A program made the position numbers and the translations under genes. The notes under the pieces were generated by a model, which was not told the DNA's origin, made no database searches, and saw only the letters and a list, made by a program, of their open reading frames with translations. DNA of 32,000 nt from Zygophlyctis sp. KS116 (taxonomy: Eukaryota; Fungi; Chytridiomycota): NCBI GenBank assembly GCA_054661495.1, contig BAAFSQ010000068.1, positions 1 to 32,000 on the forward strand, read 5' to 3'. Shown here piece after piece: positions 11,537 through 23,424 of this stretch (the stretch's first letter is position 1; the number at the start of each line of letters is the position of its first letter).

Positions 11537-13063
11537 ATGGTATGGGTGCATTGGATAAAGGAGCTTGTGAGGGACTCTGCAACTCCAATTCCTAATTCTC
11601 TTTCAATAGTCCAGCGTCAAGTCTTTGCACATTATTCGCTTGTTGAGCCAAATATTTCTAATCCCAAAGTTATATTGAGTAGTAATTCAGCATCTGATCT
11701 TGTCGCTGATCATGTATCGCCTCAAGGTAAAGTCCTGATTGGAACTGGAAATGATCCATGGGCATGGAATTATGGAGGCCATCAATTTGGATATTGGGCA
11801 GGGCAGTTGGGTGATGGGCGGGCAATCTCTATTGGACAGCTAGTTAACTCAAAGGGTGATCCGTGGGAAGTACAACTTAAAGGTATTAAGAATTGTATTT
11901 ATGAAAGGTGCGGGTCTTACTCCATTTTCTAGAGGAGCGGATGGTTATGCAGTTTTAAGATCTTCAATCAGAGAGTTTCTGGCTTCAGAGGCAATGTACC
12001 ATTTAGGTATACCTACTACAAGGGCATTGACTCTAATGGAAACTGACTCTAATGTTATCAGAGAAGAAATTGAAAAAGGTGCAGTCGTGGTACGATTGGC
12101 GCCAACTTGGATAAGATTTGGAAATTTTGAACTTTTTTATGCTAGAGATGATCTGGAGGGATTAAAGACTTTGGCAGATTTTACAATGAAGCATATCATT
12201 TTTGCTAACAGCTATTTGAATTTTTTGGAAGAGGTGATTAAGAAAACTGCCTTTATGATTGCTAAATGGCAGGCAATTGGCTTTTGTCACGGTAAGTCTT
12301 GTTTTTAAAAGTGTAAGGAGTGATGAATACAGATAATTTTTCAATAATGGGATTAACTCTGGATTATGGGCCTTATCAATTCCTGGATCAGTATGACCCA
12401 ACATATATTTGTAATAAATCTGACGAAACTGGTCGATATAGTTTTGAAAAACAACCAGATATTGGGTTTTGGAACTGTGTAAGACTGGCTACAGCTCTCG
12501 TTCCGTTGGTTAAACAGGAAACTAATGATGATCAAGTTCAACAAAAGCTACTTGATGTTCTGAAAAAATATCCAGATTATTTTGATTCTTATTATACAGA
12601 TGAAATGTTGGAAAAATTGGGACTTTATAAGAAAATGGATTCAGATATGACAGAGATTGTTTATCCTCTCTTGAATGTTTTAAAGGAGTTGAAAGTTGAT
12701 TATACTCTATTTTTTAGATATATTTCCTCCAGTTCTGGAACTAGCTTTGGAGATACATTTTTAGAAAGAATATCTAATCCTTTATTTACAGAATGGAATC
12801 TTAAATTTCAAAAACGGTTAGAAAACGAAGGCATGGATCCTAAAGAGCGATCTCAAAAAATGTTGGCAAGAAATCCACTTATAATTCCTCGAAATCATCA
12901 CTTATTGCATGTTATAAAGGAAGCAAATACAGGAAATTACACGCCTTTAGAAGAATATTGGGAGGCTTTACAAGAACCATTCTCTTCAAAATGGGATAAG
13001 TCAGTTTGGGCACAAGAACCAAGTCCTGAGAATAGTGGACTGAAATGCTCCTGTTCATCTTAA
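11537..13063 (+). CDS. SELO: Protein adenylyltransferase SelO/YdiU (Fmp40-like), Cys form
   Basis: Motifs [51 protein letters not shown] and HGVMNTDN, ending KCSCSS. Two introns of 25 and 26 nt. Confidence 0.95.
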
Positions 13064-13090
13064 TTCTGTTAAAACCATTTAAATTTAAAT

Positions 13091-14106
13091 TTATTGGTTT
13101 CTACCAAAATTAAAAAGCCTTTTACGTCTACAATTTAAAACAGTAGAAGAGCAACCAATTTCACTAGGTAATCCTGAATTTAGAGCATCAGTATTGGAAA
13201 AGTTATTCGCAGCCAGTCTTCTGCAAAATTTAGAAAGATGCAATCTTACATATCTCTTAAGGCCTCCATACTCTGAATCGATAAAGGAATGTCTCCTGAT
13301 AATAGATTGTCATTCAAATACCTAAAATTAATCTAAACTTTGATACAAATCCTTCAAGAGCTGCAGATTTTCAATTTGGTTGGAAATAGTTCCATAAAAC
13401 CTATTTTTTGATAAATCTCTAAATATTAGACTAGATTGAAATACAAATATTGCAGATTTTTCAAATTCCAAATTTCTGAGGGAATTTCGCAATTAAGTTG
13501 ATTATTTTGTAGCAAACTAAAATTAGTCCGAATATAATATACAGCCATTCCAGATCACCAAAATATCCAATCCAAGAACCTAGAGAAGAGAAATTATTGT
13601 TTGAAAGATTCAATATATTTAGATCGGACAAAAATCCGACTTGATCTGGTAGTTCCGATAACTGATTTCCACTCAAATCTCTTATGATCAAGTAAATAAA
13701 ATCTTACAATATTTCTAAAGAAGTCAAAAACCCAATTTCTGTTGGGATTAAAGAGATCTTATTATTAAATAAAACAAGATTTCTCAAGTACACCAAGTTT
13801 GATATTACACTTGGTATCCCACCAGCCAATCTAGAGTTTGGCCATCTATAGTTATTTAATGATATCTTACACAATTTCTACAACAAAATTCATCATACTA
13901 CAAATAATCCCAGGAATCTTGCTTTGCTTATAATGGCAACATTGATCAGCCCCAACAGTTTGTGGCTCTAACGGCGTATCACCTCCCAACTCTTTCCAAA
14001 TTTCAACAACAACTGAACAATGAGATCGACCCATCGCAGCAGCAGTGCGATTTACTACAATGGCAGATGTTTCTAGTAAGAAAAGTAAATGAATTAGATA
14101 ATACAT
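13091..14106 (-). CDS. Secreted leucine-rich repeat protein
   Basis: Signal peptide MYYLIHLLFLLETSA and Cys cap (C..VVEIWKELGG...CC...GIIC). LRRs include DLSGNQLSELP, NLSNNNFSSL and YLNDNLLSGDIP. Six short introns. The 3' end could be 13069 if 13101-13125 is also an intron. Confidence 0.8.
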
Positions 14107-14247
14107 TAGCAATTACCAAGGGTTGGTGTGCATTCAATGACATTTGATCAGATTGTCTATTTTTGGAAAACATTCCATGTCGCTATTACTACATAGTTTG
14201 AATATAATTCCTTTGATCAGTATTGACAATGGCTGAGTAATCTCTAA

Positions 14248-14286
14248 AGAACGCGAAATCCGTCCGATTAGCCACTTTCGCGTTCT
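14248..14286. promoter_or_regulatory. Perfect 11-bp inverted repeat AGAACGCGAAA-N17-TTTCGCGTTCT in a divergent promoter
   Basis: Arms at 14248-14258 and 14276-14286 are exact reverse complements, lying between the LRR ATG (14106) and the ATG at 14309. Confidence 0.55.
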
Positions 14287-14308
14287 AAAACAATCCATTG
14301 AACTTGAA

Positions 14309-15248
14309 ATGATTGCATTATTAATGGTATCGAGCATGCTTTTTATGAACGTTACAGCTCCTGGAAATTGTCGAGGATTTCCATGTTGTACAAAATCCGT
14401 TAATAACCCTTCTTATGATCCGAAAGGAACAGCATATGGCTTTGAGAATGGAGAGAGTTGTGTAAGCATAGACAAACTGATTATAGGTTGTATCAAATGT
14501 GGACCGGGTATTGCCAGCAGCCCCTCCTCCAGAGCCCAGCCCGAAAGCTGCGTTAAATTTAGGTCCTGGTTCGGTTAAATCTAGCTCCAGCACTACCTCT
14601 ACGACTACCTCTACTTCTATTACATCCACTAGCTCCAGTTCTACTACTACTACTTCTTCTAGAACTACCTCTACTACTACGACGATTACCACGACTACTT
14701 CCACTACGCCTACCAGTTCAAGTGGCTCTACAACAGTAAGTAAAGTTGAGCCAACGCCAGTGGTAAATGGTCAAATTCCTTCTTTCCCAGAATTACCTCT
14801 GCCGATTGCATCGTTGGATATTACTTGTGAATCCGCTAATACTATTTTAATTGCTGATCTGGAACAATGCGCTAATGCATTGGTAAATAAGGTACAGAAT
14901 ACGATTGATGCTGCCGATAAGACCAGTGTTGAAGTTGTGGACTGCATTTGTACCAGTCATTGGAGAGTCGGATCAAAGGAAGTTGAATTATCTCTAAAAT
15001 CGTCCTGTAACGCTCCAGGAAACTTGACAAAATCAGAGTCACTGGAAATACATAATGGGTGCAGTATTTTCCCTTATAGTTACTCGTCTATTATCAATGC
15101 GGCTGGTCTATATGCACGCTTATCTAATGGAGATTTGTACTTGCCTCTAACTCAAAGATCTGGCGCAGAAATGCTTAGACCTGAATTCTTATCTTTTGGA
15201 TTTGGACTAACATGCCTTACTATTCTGTTAAAAGATATCATCATTTAA
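14309..15248 (+). CDS. Secreted, probably GPI/TM-anchored protein: CBM10/fungal-dockerin-like module, Pro/Ser/Thr linker and Cys-rich domain
   Basis: Signal peptide followed by CRGFPCC...YDPKGTAYGFENGESCV. The 25-nt intron 14462-14486 joins this to the 14499-15248 frame. Hydrophobic C-terminus. Confidence 0.7.
14580..14735 (+). repeat. Low-complexity ACT/TCT-rich stretch encoding a Ser/Thr mucin-like linker
   Basis: Translates as SSSSTTSTTTSTSITSTSSSSTTTTSSRTTSTTTTITTTTSTTPTSSSGSTT. Confidence 0.85.
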
Positions 15249-15280
15249 AAGTTTATTTTCTCAAGTTTGAATAACATAAT

Positions 15281-17134
15281 TCAACTGTTACTAAGTCTAA
15301 TTTTTATTTCCTGTCCAGTTTGAGAAACTTGTAGAATATCCTTTGTTGCTAAAACTAAAACTTATTCTTTTAGTTTTAGAAATCTTACCATGATAAAAGG
15401 CTTGAGCAGCGACAGTTTTTGTAGAATCAGGAAGTAAATCATCCAAGAAGATCTGATTGCAATCAGTGTCTTGAAATATTTCTTTCAGATAATTGTAAAA
15501 GGAAAATGTTTCTTTTTCAAGAGCAGATTGGTCAGACACTTCTGTTATCGGATCAACATCTTTTATATTAGAAATCTGGAAATTACCAAAGAAATCCTGA
15601 TCTTCTGTATATTCTTTTTCTGGAGAGCCTTCACGACTAATGTCAACTATCTCAAATTTCTTACCTGCGTTTGAACTTTACTTCATCCAAAGAAAAGGAA
15701 TCAACTGATTGTTGAGAAGATAGTTTAGATACTTTGGAAACTGTTTTTAGAAGAAATGAATTTACCAGTGGATCCTGCATGAGAATGCCAAGGAAGTCTA
15801 GATGGCGTGTCAAGACTTGCGCTATAATCACTGATTGCATTTCTAAAAAGTTCTGGCTCCATACTGATATCCTTTTTACTATCATCAGGGGGTTGCGGAA
15901 CATCGTAATCGGCAATATCTCTAAACACTTCTGGCCCCTCATCATAATTGATTTCAGCTTTGCGCTTTTTAGTTGCTGATTTATCTAAAGACTTTTTTGG
16001 AACAATTAAATCAAGAGGTATCCAAGTCTCTTTCAAATATGAACCAAGCCCTACGTTTTAGTCCGAAAATAATTTACAAATTGGAGGCTCTTGCACCTGT
16101 TCCAAACACCATTCCCAAGAAATTATTTCAATTCTTTGATGACTAAAGCCTTTAACTGTACCGCGCTGAAGCTCTGCAATTTCATCATTAGACAATGAAA
16201 TTTCAGAATCAAATTGCAGCGCTTTTCTTTTTTGTCCTCTTTCTCTCTTTTTTGGTAATGGCTCAGACTTTTTACTTAAAAGATCCTCTTGTTCCAAATT
16301 TACACTTGCTTGATCCGATTTATGCGATCCAGTGATTGCACTGAAAGGATCCTCAAACAAATCATTCATCTGTATTATTAGTACTTTAAAATATTCTTAC
16401 TATAAACGACGGACCTTCTAGGCCTGAATCTTCTGTTTTGCTAGTATCTCCAGTTATAGACTGAAATGAAAAAACATCAAACGGATCATTACCATTAGAA
16501 TCATCCAGTAATATATCCTGCCCATCATCCAACTTAATCATTTCCTCCATTGGAGATTGTGGAAGAGTTATCGATTTGTTTGTTCGCGATACAGACTTCT
16601 TCACAGTTGGGGGTGCAGTTGGTAATGATGATTCACTACTTTGAGGAATCAACATTGGCAATTTCAGCTAAAATTATATTAGAATGCATTACCTTTGTTA
16701 CATCTAAAACTAATTCCAGAGGCAGTTCAATCCCTTCTTTGAGAGTAATTTGATCTTGTCTGACCGTTTGTAGAGGCATTTCAAGATTATCAGATTGATA
16801 ATGATAATAAGTATTTTTAACTCTTAGATAAACTGAATTAACATTTGCTATATATAATTAGTAGTTTTAATATACTCAAGAAATACGTCGTTTGCGCCTC
16901 AAAGACTCTAGTCGTTCCCATCATTAAATTGCTCACTAGTCTCAAAGCCAATGGATTGGGAGGATCAGCCAAAAACTCACTGCTATAAACTCAAATTTAA
17001 ATAATACCAAGTCTTTGGAATGTTTATGGAAGAGATCTGCTTCTTATTCAACTTTCGACGTGGAAGAGTAGCTGCAAGCCTATCATTAGTCAATGCAAGT
17101 ACCAAATCACTGCTAAAGATGAATCTTGAAACAT
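15281..17134 (-). CDS. REC8: Alpha-kleisin cohesin subunit, Rec8-type
   Basis: Spliced N-terminus MFQDSSLAVIWLAATL..KLNKKQI..INIPKTC..PLALRLVSNLMMGTTRVFEAQ and C-terminal winged helix AAQAFYHVLVLATK..VSQ. Nine short introns. The LAATL and LRL.SNL patterns favour Rec8 over Rad21. Confidence 0.75.
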
Positions 17135-17146
17135 TTAATAAAGGTT

Positions 17147-18163
17147 TTAATTAGGCAATTTTGAGATTGGAAGCGGCATCACTAGACCTACCGCAAGTTC
17201 ATTTCTTATTTCATATAACAACTTGTATGCATTCTTTAGTGTTGTTTCAGTACATCCAGCGATTCCAGCAATCTCTTTTGCACTTTTTGGTTCTATAGAT
17301 AAACATGATACAAAATAAAGACATGCAGCAACTAGAGTAATTGGAGATTTTCCTGCCAAAATTCCATTTTCTGTTACTGACCGTGATAAATGCAAAGTTC
17401 CCTTGATCACATCTTGTTTTAAATCTAAAGCGCTAGAGAATCTTATAACGCATGCATCTAATTCAGAGTCTGTATTTTCAACACGAGTAACAAAGATTGG
17501 TTGTAACAACTTGTAACATTTTCCAATATCTTTTTTACTAACCTTGAATAAGCAAAGAAAAGAAATACTTTTGTTAACGAACAAATTTCTTTAAAAGTTC
17601 TTGCGACCCGATGCTCTTTACAAGCAATATAGATGCATGCAGCAATAATACTTTCTACGCCTTTGCCCTTTAATAATTTTTCTTCATCAACCTGTTTGAT
17701 TAATGGTATATTTTAACCTTTTTAAAGAATTGTTTGGCGCTATCCTTTACAATCCTAGATAGCCCTATTCCATCACTCATTATATCAATTTGTTTAAATG
17801 CATTCAATAGATTCTTTTGAGCTTTTCCGACAACTTTAACTTGAGTTTTGGATAAATTCAAACTAGCACCAGAGCCCCCATCCATTTTCCCAATGATTGT
17901 TGAATCCAACTCACCTTCTAAAAGTGGGTCAGTGGATGCACCAACTCTGGAAGAGTCTTTAGCTCCGTCATCATTGGAAGCAAAATTCCTCCATTCTATA
18001 AATGATTAAAAATCTCTCAAATACCAGAACGAGTGTCAATTACTCTATTTCCCAATATTAAACCACAGGTGCCACAAATCAAATCCCCAGCTGTAAAGTC
18101 TTCCACAATGTTTGGGACAGGATCCTGACAGTCCCTGCACATTAGCCGAAGATTTAAATTCAT
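17147..18163 (-). CDS. SUA7: Transcription initiation factor IIB
   Basis: Zn ribbon CRDC...GDLICGTCG, B-reader IDTRSEWRNF..SRVG, and two cyclin repeats (AACIYIACK..VARTFKEI; GKSPITLVAACLY). Three introns. Confidence 0.95.
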
Positions 18164-18197
18164 TCTTGACAAATGATCTTAAATTCTTGGGGTTTCG

Positions 18198-21100
18198 CTA
18201 GGAGTGCGAGTGAATTATAAGGCTAGGCTCTTTTGCAATTTCTTTTGGTCCATGTCGGCATCGGCATTCTCTTTTGGAATTTTTTAGATTTTCCTTCAAG
18301 TAATCAGATGCCATTCTGCATGCTCCTCTCTTTGCATCCTTTCGTGTTTCTGCAGTACAAGTCCCAATAATTCTTGAATGAAAAGAAATGTTGCATTCAA
18401 AAATATTAAGTACTAAATCAACTTCAAATCTAAAATTAAGTTTTGAATAAATTACCTTATTTTAGTCATGGTGCATTGAAAGTCCTTGTTAATAATTGTA
18501 AGAAAGTCTGAAATAGGATTCTTGTCCAAATTACCACAATTCAAGGATCTAGAGAGTTCAAATCTTGACCACCAACGATTTATAAGTGTTTTTTCAATGA
18601 CATTATATACAGCTTGGATATTGAATCCTGAGTCTAAATATATCGCTCCAAGTAAAGCTTCATAAATATCTCCAGCAGCTTTAGGTGCACAAGTTAAATC
18701 ATCCCAAAAAAATGGTTTAAGACCGTGAATGTCGGTATTATGTTTTGGACTTGGTAAAGCTTCTAGAATCTCTATACCGTCGCTTAAAGGATGTTTTAGA
18801 CTTTGATTTGGATTTAGAATTTCAATAGATTCATCGAAAATACAATCTTCTGAACCATTATACTCTTCTTTAATAAGAGCTTCATTCACACATGATTCAA
18901 GAGTTTGATCATCAATTCCATCCAGGTCAATGACATCTCCTTCAAGGACTAAACTAATGTCAGAATTAGGGAGTTCAATAGCTTTGCTAAACTTGTTATC
19001 CGCGGTTTGATCTATCATAACCGCATCAAGTTGGATATCTTCAATTGGTTTAATTGCGGTAGTTTCATCTCTTAAAGTAGTATCTTCGAGGAGATTTGGC
19101 GCATCGATATTCATTTCTCCATTTGGGAATTCATCAAGGATCGAGTCATCATCAGAATCTTCATCAATTACAATAATTTCATCAGCAGTGGCCTTTGGAA
19201 CGGTCTCTCTTAAGCTTTCTTTCTCCACCATTTCAGTCTCAACTATTTCCTGACCAGACATTTCTTCATCTTGATTTTGAGATTGTTCTACGTCATTTTC
19301 GCTTTCTATAGGCTGATTCTGGCGCTCTAGTGCTTGGGCGACAATAGCAGAGCTTCTAAAATTCTTTTCGCCGACACTGGTCTTTATTCTTTTTCTCGGT
19401 ACCCAGCCAAGATCATTCTTTAAAATATCCAGCTTTTTCTCTAATTCAGCAGAGAATAGCATTAATGATTTAGCCAAAGGAACGCTCATATGATCTAGTT
19501 GTTTATGCAGGTCTAAAGAACATGCAACTGTCGCCAAAAATTGATTATTTACAAGAGCAGAACGATATTCAGTGAGTAAACGAGGAGTCATATCTGGATA
19601 TTTCTTGTATAGCCAATGCATGATAATATAACCTAAAATTGCATCACCTGAAAATAAATATACTATATCAAATTACCTAAATACTCCAAGCGCTGATAAC
19701 AGAATCCAACACCGTCCACATTCGGGCCCAAAGAGCTAGGATGTGTCACAGCCTCTACTGCGTAGCGATAGTCATTAAATTTGTAATCAAACTGTTCCTC
19801 GATTTTTTGGATAGTTCTTTTCATTCGATTGATATATACACGACTCTGCTGAGATTCAGATTTTCTAAAATGTTTCTTCCATACGGGTAAGTAGTCACCC
19901 AAATCAAATTTAAATTCTTCTCCTAGAAAACGATGAACGGCTGTAGCTCCTCCCCTTTCTCTTGAATCAACTATGCATGCGCCAATCACCGCTTCAACGC
20001 AATCAGCTACACATTTATCAGGCAAATATTGTGTTCTTTTACGTGAGTTAAGCGGAGGAAACCAATCAGATCGCTTCATTTTATGAAAAAGAATGGCTCC
20101 CTGTAAGTCTTGCAAAGTTCCCATTGTATGTAAATGCGTATTTCTTTCAACCGAATGCCTCGCAACTGTTAACCAGCCTTTAATTTAACTTGACAAAACA
20201 TACCTTCATGACGATTTGGATGAAGAACAAAATAATGCAAAGCCAGATGCATCTTAAGAAAACTGTCCCCAAGAGTTTCAAGCCGTTCGTAATCATATGA
20301 TATTTCAACGCAAGGGCCAGTAAGGGCGGGTCTTAAGGTTTCCAGCGTGACCGGCAGTTCCTTCTTAAAATTGGTTCCTGATTCAGACTGAATACTTCTA
20401 GGTATCCAGCCTTTTTTAACTTCTAAAACTAGCAAATTGTGGTGCAGATGATACAACATAAGCGGGAGCCTAGGAGCTTCATATCGCATAATCGACGCTG
20501 GGACGGGATGAATCGAACAAAATTGAGGAATTACAAATGTATCTGGCCGATCATGATAAATTGCTGGTACAGTGAGAAATGGAAGAATAACTGGAGCCAC
20601 GGAAAAGATTGGTTGGTTCTTGATAATATCACCCTTATATTGTAAGCGATATTTGTAGTAGTCTGCGGGAGTCTTGTGCTTCCCTAGAGAATTAATCGGA
20701 ATATCTTCTGAAAAAGGATTATACTGATTTAAAAGATCAGTTACGAAGTATCTTCGTTTGTAATGAATATGATCATACAATACCAATTCTGCGAAGTCCC
20801 GCCTTTTAAAGTCTTCAGAATTGCAAAGTTCGTTCATAGGGTTCTTTGGCTCCTTTCTCATCAATTCCAAGAGCTCCATGTCTAGCATTAGATCAGCGTC
20901 CTTTTCACCATTTTTATAGGTTATTGGGGCTATCAATAGTGTGAATTTGTCATCAATATTAAAATTACTTCGTAGGATTGATGAAAAGATATTATAATGA
21001 AATTCTTTTATCAGATCAAATTTTTCTGCAGTGACTTGGATTTTACCAGCTATAGGCCGAACGTAGGCCGAAACTTCTTCCCCTTCCATTAGAAAGCTGA

Positions 21101-23354
21101 AGCTGATAGGTGGGATAGGATGATCTGAAGGTGTCAAAAGTCCAACTCTGAAGTCCTTTTTAGGAATACCATTTTCTTCCAAGCTTATAACATGAAACGT
21201 CGCATTAACAACGTCAGTTTCCCAAGCGGTACCAAACAGGGTAGGGTTTCTATATGTACATTCATGAACTTCAATTGTTTTCGGCGTTTTTGTTGTATTT
21301 TGCATTATGACTAAACGATCAGGTCGATTGGGACGTAATCTATCGTCTAGTTCACCAACGAAGAAAAGGCGTTGAATCGCTTCAAAACTAACCCATTGCC
21401 GTGCTTGCTTCTTTGTTTTTGATGGCTTTCCTGTTACTTTGCGGCACTCTTCCGGAGTATTTAGAGGCATAATGAGAGTAGAAACGTATTTTCGGGTAGT
21501 ACACCCTTCTGAGTCGTTTTCTTCTGTCTCTTTCACCTCCAATTCCATAAACTCTGGTTTTGAAACAGCATATCCATCGTTTGGCAATGTATTGCAATAA
21601 TTGTGGAGAAGAGAGAGTGCTGAATATATGCTTATACACGACCCTGTACTTTCAACCATAAATATCTCGTCTTGCTTCATCGGTATGCTATTCAAATCCA
21701 AATCTTTGTCCGTCTTTTCCTTTTCATTATATAAAATATTTTTCATATTATTTTCTTCTAGTTGCATGCCTAAATTCAATCAAAAAATCATACATGCTAA
21801 TAGTGAGGCCTCCTCCGGGTTGGACTTCTTTGAAAGAACAACAAAAACAGAGTTTTTATGTCTTGCTCTTCCACGTGATTGTATATATGCTGCAAGATTT
21901 ACAAACATATCAAATCTTATTACCAATATGCAAGATTGAATATCTAAACCTTCTTCTGCCACTTGCGTCGCAAATAAAAGATTTATTTGCCCGTTTCTAA
22001 ACTTTGTCATTATATCATCTTGACCTTGTATTGACATATTAAGTGTGGAACTATCAGAAGATCCATGACCTACAATCACTCCTGGCCGGATCCAATCCAG
22101 CTTCTTCGAGTATTTTACAACCATTGCAAGAACACATGCAGTCCATCGCTGTCTACAAAACACAATCCCACAAAACTTATTTCGAGTAGGCCTAAATGTT
22201 TCTAGAACTTTTAACAATGCAGAAACTTTTGGAGATATGTTTTCAATTGAAGGCGGTGGTGTATTATCACCCAAAGACGTACAGTTCCTTATATATTCAT
22301 CGAGTTTTTCAACAATCTTTTCCATTTCTTCAAAGTTTTGATTTTCATCTTTTTGACGACTCTGAAATCTAGAATACTTGAGCTTTGTTGCTGCATCATG
22401 AATTGAGAGTTCCAACATCCTTTCTGCAGGCCATGGGCCCAGTTCATCATTTATACTAATTGCTTGCGTCATTGCCCTATTTAATTGAGGAATACATCCT
22501 CCCTGTAGATCCAACATTTTAAGATATAAATTAGGATATTCATTCCTTGGAGCCTCTTCATAGTATTGTATATATTCTGTTGGTCTAGCTACAAAATCAG
22601 ACACCTTGCATGTATGTGCTTTTGCCAGCAAATTACTTTCTAGTATTCTAATTTTTGTTATTTAAAATTTAAAAACCTTATTGAATCTTCTGTATTTTCC
22701 TTTGAAATTAGAGGAGATGCTGTCATCCCAAATATTTTTGGTTTGTCTGATGAATGCAGATAATGCTGAGACATGATCAACTTATAAGCGTGATTTCCTC
22801 TAGCATAATGAGCTTCATCAAAAACAATCAAGTTCAGCATACTCATCTTGACAAAAGACCTATCCAGCATATGTTTAAAAATATCTGGAGTAAGCACAAT
22901 CACATCCGCTTCCTTGAGTTCGTTATTCCATCTTTCATCATCCCACTAAAACATTTAAATTAATAAAAAGTACATAATCTAGACACATTGCACCATAATA
23001 ATGCTTTACTCGTAAATTTAAATTAAGTCGCAGATATTTAGATTGCTGCGATACCAGTGGCACTTTTGGAACCAACTACATATAAATAATTTCAAATCAT
23101 ACAAAAACAGATAATCTTGACTGCTTATTTGAAAAGTCGATATTATGCACATGTTTGATGATCAGACATGATATGAGAGTTTTACCGGATCCTGTGTCTA
23201 ATACTGCGATTACATTCCCTGCCATTGCTTTTTGGAACATTTCCATCTGATAAGCCCGTGGGACCGTTGCTCCGGATTCTTCATGCTCATCGATCGTCAG
23301 TAATGATGAATCAAGTGTCTGGAATTCTCTAATGCCAAAGGAATGTGAGCTCAT
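18198..23354 (-). CDS. Dicer-like endoribonuclease (DExD/H helicase, DUF283, platform/PAZ-like, two RNase III, dsRBD)
   Basis: Motifs PRAYQ, LDTGSGKT, FDEAH, GMTASP, ATQVAEEGLDI and YIQSRGRAR. DUF283 LHNYCNTLP. RNase IIIa YERLETLGDSFLK/ADCVEAVIGA and RNase IIIb YQRLEYLGDAIL/GDIYEALLGAIYLDSG. Seven introns, with the last exon ending at TAG 18198. Confidence 0.93.
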
Positions 23355-23424
23355 GAAAAGTGAATTGCGGTTTAGGGGACTGTTCTTTCAAGAGTGCACT
23401 AGTAAATCAATTTGTCTAAATTAT

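Noticed and set aside
13040-13130. Selenocysteine/SECIS in SelO
   Set aside because: The C-terminus is TGC TCC TGT TCA TCT TAA (Cys, no in-frame TGA), and the next gene ends within about 30 nt.
14321-14704. Val/Glu-rich antisense ORF
   Set aside because: It is the mirror of the Ser/Thr codon repeat on the plus strand.
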